This document shows positions 1 through 8,032 of a stretch of 64,000 nucleotides of DNA, piece by piece. The notes under the pieces were generated by a model that saw only the letters and a list, made by a program, of their open reading frames with translations, was not told the origin of the DNA and searched no databases. Numbering within the stretch: the first letter of the stretch is position 1; each line of letters opens with the position of its first letter. The stretch comes from an uncultured virus (IMG/VR IMGVR_UViG_3300029305_009617) (lineage: Duplodnaviria > Heunggongvirae > Uroviricota > Caudoviricetes). The DNA lies in IMG/VR virus record IMGVR_UViG_3300029305_009617; one strand, given 5' to 3'. The position numbers and the translations under genes are program-made.

Positions 1-28
1 CTTGACAGAAACATATATATATATGTAA

Positions 29-207
29 TTGATTTTCTAACTAAACTATATTATAATAACTATATTATATTTTTTTATTTGTTTTTCTTTCGTTAAAGTC
101 CATGATGAATGGTTAATTGACGGAAAAACTTTGTTAAAGCATAAATTTAAAGATCGCTTACGGCGGTCTTTTTTTTATGCACATTTTCAGGAAAAGGAGG
201 TAGTGAT
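29..207 (+). promoter_or_regulatory. Conserved leader copy 1: sigma-A promoter, structured 5'UTR and terminator-like hairpin before the RBS
   Basis: TTGATT(29-34)-17 bp-TATAAT(52-57); AGATCGC-TTACG-GCGGTCT followed by a T run (151-176); AAGGAGG RBS; homologous to 7853-8032 and 18745-18925. Confidence 0.8.
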
Positions 208-522
208 ATGTTATTTCTTGACAAAAAAGCATGGTTAGATGGCTTCGAAAAATGCGAAGAAGCGAATTGTGCTGAAGTTACTGGAATGACAGAAAACGAA
301 CTGGATACCATGGTTCGATTGCTGAAAGCAAAAAGTTCTACAGAAATTGATGATATTCCTACGGAAGTTATCATTTCCATGTTTGAATTTATTCCTGCTT
401 TTGCAAGTAGTGTAGGAAAGACAACAGTCTTTTCAAATCTTGGTTCAGGAGATGGTAATTTTGTACACAAATTACTTAGTTTGCCCTCTGCGAGCTTAGA
501 CCGCAAGAGGAGAGTTATTTAA
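208..522 (+). CDS. Hypothetical protein, first gene of the PRTRC-like operon
   Basis: ORF with strong AAGGAGG RBS. Confidence 0.7.
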   Translation: MLFLDKKAWLDGFEKCEEANCAEVTGMTENELDTMVRLLKAKSSTEIDDIPTEVIISMFEFIPAFASSVGKTTVFSNLGSGDGNFVHKLLSLPSASLDRKRRVI

Positions 523-535
523 AGGAGGTAGTACT

Positions 536-1246
536 ATGGCGAATGCCCTAGTTGGATTTTCATCGGATATGTTCTTTGATATGCTAGGAAATCCTATTTT
601 TAAGACCATTACGCGTCTGAGCGATGGTTCTAATCTTCAAAAAACCTTATCTTTTGAAGATTATAAGAAATTATTAGGAATTGCTACAAAAGAGGTAGAA
701 AATAAATATGTATCTATTCCGAAACTTCCTAAATATTTTCATGAAGGAGGAGCTTCTAAAAAACAAAATTGTTTTTGGGTGGCTTTATTTGTACCTGGTA
801 GCAAAAATCAATTCTACTATCAGACAACCGAAGAAATGCTTTTTATTCCATATCCAAATATGCTTTTCTTGTTAAAAGTGGGAAATGGTGTGGTTTCTTC
901 CCGATATTGTTATGCAGTAGCTGATAGTGAATTAAAAGAAGATTCCCTTTTGTATCAGTATCCATACGGACATGTTGATACAGATGGCGACATCTGTATG
1001 GGGAATTGTTCTAAAAAAATTACTTCAATTTCAGAAGCAGATTCCTTTGTAGAACAATTTATTCTTGGTGCAAATCAGGGGCACTACTATACCAATGAAT
1101 ACATGACTCTTAAAAATGTTTCTTTAAGAGAATTGCTTGGATTAGTAGAAAAAAAGGGATATTTCCCTTCTGAGTGGTTAAAGCCTATGGAAACGCATGG
1201 AAAACCATTCACATATAAAGTTGCAAAAAAATCACTCCTTAATTGA
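536..1246 (+). CDS. Prokaryotic E2-like protein (Prok-E2 family D / PRTRC protein B-like)
   Basis: Motif YPYGHVDTDGDICMGN with the conserved Cys; next to JAB and ThiF genes. Confidence 0.7.
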   Translation: MANALVGFSSDMFFDMLGNPIFKTITRLSDGSNLQKTLSFEDYKKLLGIATKEVENKYVSIPKLPKYFHEGGASKKQNCFWVALFVPGSKNQFYYQTTEEMLFIPYPNMLFLLKVGNGVVSSRYCYAVADSELKEDSLLYQYPYGHVDTDGDICMGNCSKKITSISEADSFVEQFILGANQGHYYTNEYMTLKNVSLRELLGLVEKKGYFPSEWLKPMETHGKPFTYKVAKKSLLN

Positions 1247-1281
1247 AATTATTAAGGAAAATGAGAAAAGGAGGTGCCTAT

Positions 1282-3069
1282 ATGGCAAAATCAAATGAAA
1301 TGTTTGAAGGCATGGACCTGTTCAGTTTATTTGGAGAGGATGTTATGCCAACTGCGCAGGCAGAAGAAAAGGAAGTAACACCTGTTTCAACAGAAACAAC
1401 CGAAGAATCCAATGATTTAGAAGATTTGGATGGAGAGGATGAGGATGATTCTCTAGACTTAGATGTCAAAGATTCTAAGGCTAAAGAAAGGAAACCTGCT
1501 GCCAAGAAGTCAACCGCTACTATTAAAACAGTAAAATTACCGGTACGTTGTATTGGAAGGAATTTTGATATGGAAGTATCAGGCAGTGGCACCGTGACGT
1601 ATGAAGAACTCTTAGGAACTCTTCATGCGCAAGGTATCAAAGAAGTAGCACACGCAGATGTACGCCCATTAGAGGCCAAAGATGGCGTAGTATATTTTAA
1701 CTATCCAATGCATGGAACAAAAGAAGGTGTACAAGTGTTCTCTGGGAAAAACCACATAGCAATCATTGCGAGTGGAATGGACCAGATGGAGGTAACCCCT
1801 GAATTATTTGAAGGATACTTGCAGACATCTCCAAAGGAAATTTCAGTAGGTCACTTGCTAGAGAAGTGGACAGCAGATTGGCCGATGTGGAATGGCGAAG
1901 AATTGAATTATGATGTAACAACTCAGGTAGCAATTCCTGTTGGTGGTAAGGTTTTAACTGATACTGACCAGCTTACATTTCCTATTGAAGTTGTCAAGAG
2001 TGGTAAAAAAATCACTCTCGCTGCAGATGATTTTCCAATGAGTGAGACAATTACTTCAAAAGAGATCGTGGATTATTTGTGGGGACAGGTGCCAGTGAAA
2101 ATTTCTTTACAGAAACTTTCTAGCGGAGTACTTGTTGCAAATTTTGCTGCTGAAAAAAAAGGGACTCCAATTAATGTTGATAAGAAGTTTGCAAAGGTTA
2201 ATGATAAAGGCACTACTACAATGGTGACTGAATCTTATGCATTACCATTAAGTGTTTATTTTGTGACTCTTAACCAACGCATGGAACTTAATTCTTCCAT
2301 GTTTAATGGAAAAGAACGCGTAACAGAAGCAGACGTATTAGAACTCCTGAAACAGAGTTATTCTATGTTAAGGAGTAAGGATAGGCGTATTGATAGTATC
2401 TATGTAAAAGAGACTCATACGTTGTCTGTTGCATTAGTTTCAGGAACGAAAGGAAGTGCGTCTTATGCGCTTCCCGAACCTGCATCAACGGGGCTTTTTA
2501 AACTGATTCGTACTCGTGAAGAGTTAGAAGAAGTTAAAAAAGAACCGTTTTTTTTAGGTAATCTTGCAACGCTAACAGAATCAGCGCGGGTAGAAATAAG
2601 TCCCATAGGTTGCTTTTTAGGGATGCTCGGAAAAGGCAGACAATGTTGCGATGTATTATCTGTTACATTTGAGTCGAAGCTTCCTAAAATTCCCAAGAAT
2701 CTCTTAAACACCATAATTGCTGATTTTTCTGCTCATGCAGAAACAGAACGAATTGTGCGTATTTACTACGACTCACGAAAAGGGTCTTATGTACTTATTG
2801 CTCCTCTTACCGAAGATACCGTGGAATGTAAAACTTCTATTCGGTATACTTTTGAAAATCAACCAGACTATATGCATCTATTTATGACCGTGCACAGTCA
2901 TAATACCATGCCGGCATACTTTTCTTCTACGGATAATAAGGATGAGGCAATTACCGGTATTTATGGCGTTATAGGTACTGTTGATAAAACCCCCACTATG
3001 CGCTTTCGTATAGGCATGGAAGGTACATTTACGGAAGTAAATGCAGCTGATTTATTTGAGGAGGTATAA
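1282..3069 (+). CDS. Repeated ubiquitin-like domains fused to a C-terminal JAB/MPN+ metallopeptidase (PRTRC C+A-like fusion)
   Basis: JAB motif VHSHNTMPAYFSSTDNKDE preceded by LPKIP..E; internal VSGTKG; start moved to ATG 1282 behind AGGAGG. Confidence 0.75.
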   Translation: MAKSNEMFEGMDLFSLFGEDVMPTAQAEEKEVTPVSTETTEESNDLEDLDGEDEDDSLDLDVKDSKAKERKPAAKKSTATIKTVKLPVRCIGRNFDMEVSGSGTVTYEELLGTLHAQGIKEVAHADVRPLEAKDGVVYFNYPMHGTKEGVQVFSGKNHIAIIASGMDQMEVTPELFEGYLQTSPKEISVGHLLEKWTADWPMWNGEELNYDVTTQVAIPVGGKVLTDTDQLTFPIEVVKSGKKITLAADDFPMSETITSKEIVDYLWGQVPVKISLQKLSSGVLVANFAAEKKGTPINVDKKFAKVNDKGTTTMVTESYALPLSVYFVTLNQRMELNSSMFNGKERVTEADVLELLKQSYSMLRSKDRRIDSIYVKETHTLSVALVSGTKGSASYALPEPASTGLFKLIRTREELEEVKKEPFFLGNLATLTESARVEISPIGCFLGMLGKGRQCCDVLSVTFESKLPKIPKNLLNTIIADFSAHAETERIVRIYYDSRKGSYVLIAPLTEDTVECKTSIRYTFENQPDYMHLFMTVHSHNTMPAYFSSTDNKDEAITGIYGVIGTVDKTPTMRFRIGMEGTFTEVNAADLFEEV

Positions 3070-3070
3070 A

Positions 3071-3823
3071 ATGAGTGAACGAACAATTAGAGGTATCCCT
3101 GTTTCAGAAGTATTAAAAATAATCGCTCAAAAAAGGGAGCCTGATGAGTATTTAATGAATAAGTATCCCTATTACAAAGTGGAAACTTATCATGATTTGC
3201 TTGATAATGTTATCGGTTGTGACCACTATAACGTGGATATCAGGGAACGACATTATACAACCATAGCACATCAGCAAGAGTTATTTTCAGTATGCGTACG
3301 AGTTACACTACTGGATGACAATTATCAGGAAATCTGTCATAAAGACGGATATGGTGCAAGAGAAGTGCAGTACGGTGAAAAATCCGATAAAGACGGTGGA
3401 ATCAAAAATATCGAAAACAACGCTGCTTTGTCAGCTTTTAAAGCAGCATGGCAACAGTTTGGTATTTTTGGTACCCGGTGTAGTGATGACAACAGCGGAA
3501 AAAACACTTCACACCCATCGCAAACACCATCAGGCAATAATCAAACAAGTGACCAATCATTTACATTGATTTCGAAAGGTCCGGTGCGGGAAGAACGTAT
3601 AGACGAGAAAACCGGGAAAGCCGTTTACAAATTAAAAGCAGCTTATAGTGATACCGGGAAATCTTGCGAAGTAATATTTTATCCTAATCAATACAATAAA
3701 TGTAATGATTTAATGGAGAAGTTTATTGCAACGTGTATGCAAAAAGAAACTACTGTTACAATGAAATGCTCAGAAGGCAAACCATTTAATGGTATTTCTC
3801 AATTAATTTTTAAAGGGTTTTAA
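3071..3823 (+). CDS. Rad52/Sak-like single-strand annealing protein
   Basis: LLDNVIG, VRVTL, KDGYG, NAALSAFKAAWQQFGI pattern; adjacent to ssb. Confidence 0.6.
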   Translation: MSERTIRGIPVSEVLKIIAQKREPDEYLMNKYPYYKVETYHDLLDNVIGCDHYNVDIRERHYTTIAHQQELFSVCVRVTLLDDNYQEICHKDGYGAREVQYGEKSDKDGGIKNIENNAALSAFKAAWQQFGIFGTRCSDDNSGKNTSHPSQTPSGNNQTSDQSFTLISKGPVREERIDEKTGKAVYKLKAAYSDTGKSCEVIFYPNQYNKCNDLMEKFIATCMQKETTVTMKCSEGKPFNGISQLIFKGF

Positions 3824-4109
3824 ATTACTCTCGAAAGTATGATATAATGATGAAGGATGGAAAAATATTTCCAGATATGAGGAATAAATAAATTAACGTG
3901 TTATCGAATGAGGAATATTGAATTTACGAATAAGAAATCTTTTTATTTGTTAGTTTATCTTTTATTTGTGCTAGTTTAGTTTGCTTAATTTTCAAATCAT
4001 GCCTTTATCTAAATCATACGGTCGGGGGGGGGTAACCCCTATATAAGTCCAATAGCCCCGCAAGGGGTTAATTACCTATAATTAATTATTTGGAAAAGGA
4101 GTTATTTTT

Positions 4110-4538
4110 ATGAATAAAGTAATTTTAATGGGAAGGTTAACGAGAGATCCAGATGTACAATGTCTACAGAGAGAAGACACTTTGACAATTGCAAAATTTA
4201 CACTTGCAGTAGATAGACGACGTCAGAATCAGACCGTAGAACAGACTGCCGATTTTATTAACATCGTGGCATTTGGAAGACTGGGTGAGTTTGCGGAGAA
4301 GTATTTACACAAAGGAACAAAGGTTGCACTTTCCGGACGTATTCAGACCGGAAGCTATACTAACAAGGATGGCGTCAGAGTGTATACCACAGACATTATT
4401 GCAGATGATATCGAGTTTGCAGAGAGCAAGAATGCCGGCGCTGGCGCTGGTAATGCACCACAGCAGACTGCTGCATCAGCTGGTGATGGCTTCATGAATA
4501 TTCCGGATGGAATTGATGAAGAATTACCTTTTCATTAA
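4110..4538 (+). CDS. ssb: Single-stranded DNA-binding protein
   Basis: MNKVILMGRLTRDP start, ADFI, acidic C-terminal DEELPF tail. Confidence 0.97.
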   Translation: MNKVILMGRLTRDPDVQCLQREDTLTIAKFTLAVDRRRQNQTVEQTADFINIVAFGRLGEFAEKYLHKGTKVALSGRIQTGSYTNKDGVRVYTTDIIADDIEFAESKNAGAGAGNAPQQTAASAGDGFMNIPDGIDEELPFH

Positions 4539-4564
4539 TTTTTGTTAACCCATAAATTATTTTG

Positions 4565-4596
4565 GAAAGAGTCTCTTAGGAGACTCTTTCTTTTTT
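4565..4596 (+). terminator. Intrinsic terminator after ssb
   Basis: GAAAGAGTCTC-TTAG-GAGACTCTTTC plus T tract. Confidence 0.75.
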
Positions 4597-4615
4597 GTTA
4601 AAAAGGAGGTAATCC

Positions 4616-5194
4616 ATGAATTATGAGTTTATGGACGAATACAAGGAATACCGAAGGGTTATTTCTGTATTTTGTTATTATGTAGCAAATTTGGCCAGAT
4701 TTGCAAAAATGAAAAAAAATGGCGAGCACATTGACAAGGCAACCTTTGAACATTTTATTAAATGTACTACTGAATACCGCAAAAAGGTATTGCAAATAAA
4801 GGAAGCATTAGAGTTGCCAGGTGGCATTTCTTTCTTAGAAGATAATAAATTCAATGGTTTTTCTATTGAGAAAGGAGAGATTTCTGGTGATTTTCATTTT
4901 GCAGATGCAATTACTATTCCATGGCTTAAAGGTTTTCCTGATACTGCAAATTGTTATCAGTTTGAGGTTGGATGCTACATACAAATGCTAATACATCCGG
5001 ACTGTTTAGATGACGAAATTTCTTTTATGTTTGAACCGTCCAAGGTGGCAGCTACTGAATTAACAAATAAACAAACTGGAAATTCATTTCACGAAATTCC
5101 GAACTGGACGAAAAAGGAGGTGTCAAGATGGAAAAAGACGCTATGTTTAAAATCATCTGCATTGGTGCAGGCGGTACGGGAGGCTATTTTTTAA
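4616..5194 (+). CDS. Hypothetical protein
   Basis: ORF with GGAGG RBS; overlaps the ThiF gene start. Confidence 0.65.
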   Translation: MNYEFMDEYKEYRRVISVFCYYVANLARFAKMKKNGEHIDKATFEHFIKCTTEYRKKVLQIKEALELPGGISFLEDNKFNGFSIEKGEISGDFHFADAITIPWLKGFPDTANCYQFEVGCYIQMLIHPDCLDDEISFMFEPSKVAATELTNKQTGNSFHEIPNWTKKEVSRWKKTLCLKSSALVQAVREAIF

Positions 5195-5844
5195 AAGAAT
5201 TTAGTCGTTTTTTACCAGGAAGTATGAAACGAGTTGCAGGTTTATATGTTATCGATGGAGATACTGTTGAGGAGCATAATCTGACCCGGCAATGTTTTCA
5301 GGAAGAAGATGTGGGTTCTTCAAAGGCCACTGTGCTTGCAGAAATTTTAAATGATGCATTTCATTTGTACTGGCGCTCATTTCCCACATACCTTACAAAT
5401 GTTGCTCAGTTGGAAGATATAATAAAGCTTGAAACCAATGAAATACCTATTATTTTAGGTTGTGTAGACAACCATGGTTGCCGGCTTATTTTAGAAGATT
5501 TTTTTAGAAAACATAAAAACTGTATCTACTTTGATTCGGCGAATGAATTTATAAGCGGAGAAGTTATTATGTCATTCAAGATAAACAACAGACAACTATC
5601 ACCTCTTAGAAGTGAAGTGTTTTCGGATATCTTAAAAGGAGATTTGCGTAATGTAACAGAATTAAGCTGCGAAGAACTCAATGTGTCTTCACCGCAGCAC
5701 ATTTCTGTTAATATGATGGCCGGATTGATATTATTATCAGCAGTATCTCAACTGCTAACTGATAATATTGTAAAACCGGGGATGGTATCCTTTAACGCAC
5801 AATCTTTTTCACAAGAGTACTTTCCTATGAGCTATTCCAACTAG
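5128..5844 (+). CDS. ThiF/E1-family adenylating enzyme (PRTRC-type)
   Basis: IGAGGTGG, DGDTVEEHNLTRQ, GCVDN, candidate catalytic SC. Confidence 0.9.
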   Translation: MEKDAMFKIICIGAGGTGGYFLKEFSRFLPGSMKRVAGLYVIDGDTVEEHNLTRQCFQEEDVGSSKATVLAEILNDAFHLYWRSFPTYLTNVAQLEDIIKLETNEIPIILGCVDNHGCRLILEDFFRKHKNCIYFDSANEFISGEVIMSFKINNRQLSPLRSEVFSDILKGDLRNVTELSCEELNVSSPQHISVNMMAGLILLSAVSQLLTDNIVKPGMVSFNAQSFSQEYFPMSYSN

Positions 5845-5857
5845 AGGAGGTGTTTTT

Positions 5858-6796
5858 GTGAATATAAAAATAAAGGATTTATCGCAAATAGAAAAACTCA
5901 TTTCTATCTGCGATAAATACATTTCGCTATACAACAGAGAGCTTTTTGATGAGTATCTATATCCTGAAACCTCATTATCGAATGCCTTGCCATCTTTTTT
6001 AGGTGAAAAGTTTTTTGAAATCATAAATAAGCGTGCACTGGAAGAACTGAAGCCTTATTTAACAGGGTATGAACATTTCCTCGATGGCTATTATGAACTT
6101 GTTTCTACTTTCATACCTAATGATTTTGTAGAAAAAAAAACTTTAGTAAAAGTAGGAGAAAAAGCCGTCTATTGTATGAGTGGCATTTTGGAAAATGGCG
6201 AAGACGTAGCCTATTTTGATGGATTGTACAACCCATGCGGCATATCTCTTTCTACTTACTGTCCATCCTTTTATGATGAAGATACGTTTGCCGTATATGA
6301 GGATATGTATTTAGGAGAAGGAATTATTATTCATGATTTGGAAGAACATGAGCTATTCAAGAAATTTTTTCCCTATATGGATGAACTGGAATACGTCCCA
6401 GATGTCCTAATTGAACAATTACAAAATGATTGCTTGTATTCGGAAGAAAGTGTTGTTTACGTTGTGCGAAAATCTAAAAGCATTCCTGCATTTGAGCACT
6501 GGGATAATATGTTTGATGCGACCAAAGACTCTGAGTACCGATTACTTGCAAGAGAGTCTATTAAAGAGTTGAAATGTCAAGACTATATATATTGTCATCT
6601 TGGAATGGATGATATCTGTTACTGTTTTGAGGATAAAGACACATATTATGATGTTCGTAGGGTTTACTATGATTCATATTGTAACGTATCAGCTGATGAT
6701 AGATATCTTTATCCGGATGTTTTTTTTAAGAACTTAAAATTAGAAGTTCTTATGATGTATTTAAATGACAAGTATCATTTCTGTACTAATAAATAA
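5858..6796 (+). CDS. Acidic hypothetical protein
   Basis: GTG start with GAGGAGG RBS; in the ThiF operon. Confidence 0.65.
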   Translation: MNIKIKDLSQIEKLISICDKYISLYNRELFDEYLYPETSLSNALPSFLGEKFFEIINKRALEELKPYLTGYEHFLDGYYELVSTFIPNDFVEKKTLVKVGEKAVYCMSGILENGEDVAYFDGLYNPCGISLSTYCPSFYDEDTFAVYEDMYLGEGIIIHDLEEHELFKKFFPYMDELEYVPDVLIEQLQNDCLYSEESVVYVVRKSKSIPAFEHWDNMFDATKDSEYRLLARESIKELKCQDYIYCHLGMDDICYCFEDKDTYYDVRRVYYDSYCNVSADDRYLYPDVFFKNLKLEVLMMYLNDKYHFCTNK

Positions 6797-6812
6797 AAAG
6801 GAGGTGTCATGT

Positions 6813-7802
6813 TTGGATGCATACGCATTACAAATGGCTATATATGAATTAGATGGACTTCCTATTGACGAATACTTATCTGATAAACCTACATATCAAT
6901 ATGTTGATAAATTGCGGGACATTTTATTAGACAGGGTATTTAAAAAAGATATTGTATATGAAAATGTCTTTCCTGGGAACCGTTCTTCAAATATAGCAAA
7001 TTCCATTCGAGAATGGTTTGATGATAGAAAATTTTGGAATGTTGGTTGGCTAAACCTTTCTGCAGAATGTGGTATCGATGCATGGAATAATCATTCTGGA
7101 TTTACCTATGATATTACAGACTTTGCATTGATTTGCTTAGTATCCTGTCATTCTGGAGAAGATATCATATCTTTAACGGAAGACTCATTTTCTTCCTTGC
7201 TTCCAGAAATTTATGAAATGTATTTTTGGGAAGATGAATATTATGAAGAAGAAGACCGGGAAGATTTTTATGCTGAACTTAGTAATGATTGTATGGAATT
7301 TATTGAAGAAATGCAGTCTTGCTTTACTGTAACTGATTGGAAAGTAGTGCGCAGTTCAGGCTTAGTTCTTTTAAAAGACTTTTCGAAATATATTTTTTGT
7401 GACACACTTACTCCCGAAGAGGTTTTTGAAAACATTCAACCTATTGCAGATTTTTGTTTTGGAGGTCTTGATGGGATTGATAGAACACTCTATACCTTTG
7501 TAAATCAGCATCTTAATGTTATATTACGAAATGAAAAAAGGTTTTTAGATAACGCAGGTTTTAAAGAATTAAAAGAACTTTTAGCATTACTAGAAAGGCC
7601 GATTTACGATGATAATGTGGGTTTTGAGCCAATTGTCGTTTCTAATAAGGAATATTACTCAATCACTGTAGTAGAAACAGACAAGTCGAATATATACAAC
7701 TCACGTCCATTTTTAGGTCAGATGCTGGATAGAATTGATGAATTAACACTATCGCTTGTCTCTTTGCTTCCTGCAGAACTGCTGCCAGTCTCGTCTAATT
7801 AA
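6813..7802 (+). CDS. Acidic hypothetical protein
   Basis: TTG start 8 nt after GGAGG. Confidence 0.65.
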   Translation: MDAYALQMAIYELDGLPIDEYLSDKPTYQYVDKLRDILLDRVFKKDIVYENVFPGNRSSNIANSIREWFDDRKFWNVGWLNLSAECGIDAWNNHSGFTYDITDFALICLVSCHSGEDIISLTEDSFSSLLPEIYEMYFWEDEYYEEEDREDFYAELSNDCMEFIEEMQSCFTVTDWKVVRSSGLVLLKDFSKYIFCDTLTPEEVFENIQPIADFCFGGLDGIDRTLYTFVNQHLNVILRNEKRFLDNAGFKELKELLALLERPIYDDNVGFEPIVVSNKEYYSITVVETDKSNIYNSRPFLGQMLDRIDELTLSLVSLLPAELLPVSSN

Positions 7803-7806
7803 TATC

Positions 7807-7851
7807 AGCGTTGCTTACTTACTCCAATAGTAGGTAAGCAACGCTTTTTTT
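7807..7851 (+). terminator. Intrinsic terminator
   Basis: AGCGTTGCTTACTTACT / AGTAGGTAAGCAACGCT stem plus T tract. Confidence 0.85.
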
Positions 7852-7852
7852 A

Positions 7853-8032
7853 TTGCTTTTTTCTTGATAATTACGTATAATAAATATATTATATTTTGTT
7901 ATTAGTTTTTCCTATATTCAAATCCTTGACGAAAGGTTCATTGTTATAGGAAAACTTTGTCACAGCATAATTTTTTAGATCGCTTACGGCGGTCTTTTTT
8001 TTATGCAAAAATTTAAGAAAAGGAGGTATACC
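7853..8032 (+). promoter_or_regulatory. Conserved leader copy 2
   Basis: TTGCTT-17-TATAAT(7876-7881); nearly identical to 18745-18925; same GATCGCTTACGGCGGTC hairpin plus T run. Confidence 0.85.

Noticed and set aside
99..115. TGATGA/TGACGA loop in the leaders as a hammerhead ribozyme core
   Set aside because: Lacks CUGANGA in a three-stem junction with GAAA and a cleavage triplet.
4054..4070. CCCGCAAGGG hairpin as an orphan CRISPR repeat
   Set aside because: Similarity is limited to a GCAA tetraloop stem; no ATTGAAAT handle or second repeat.
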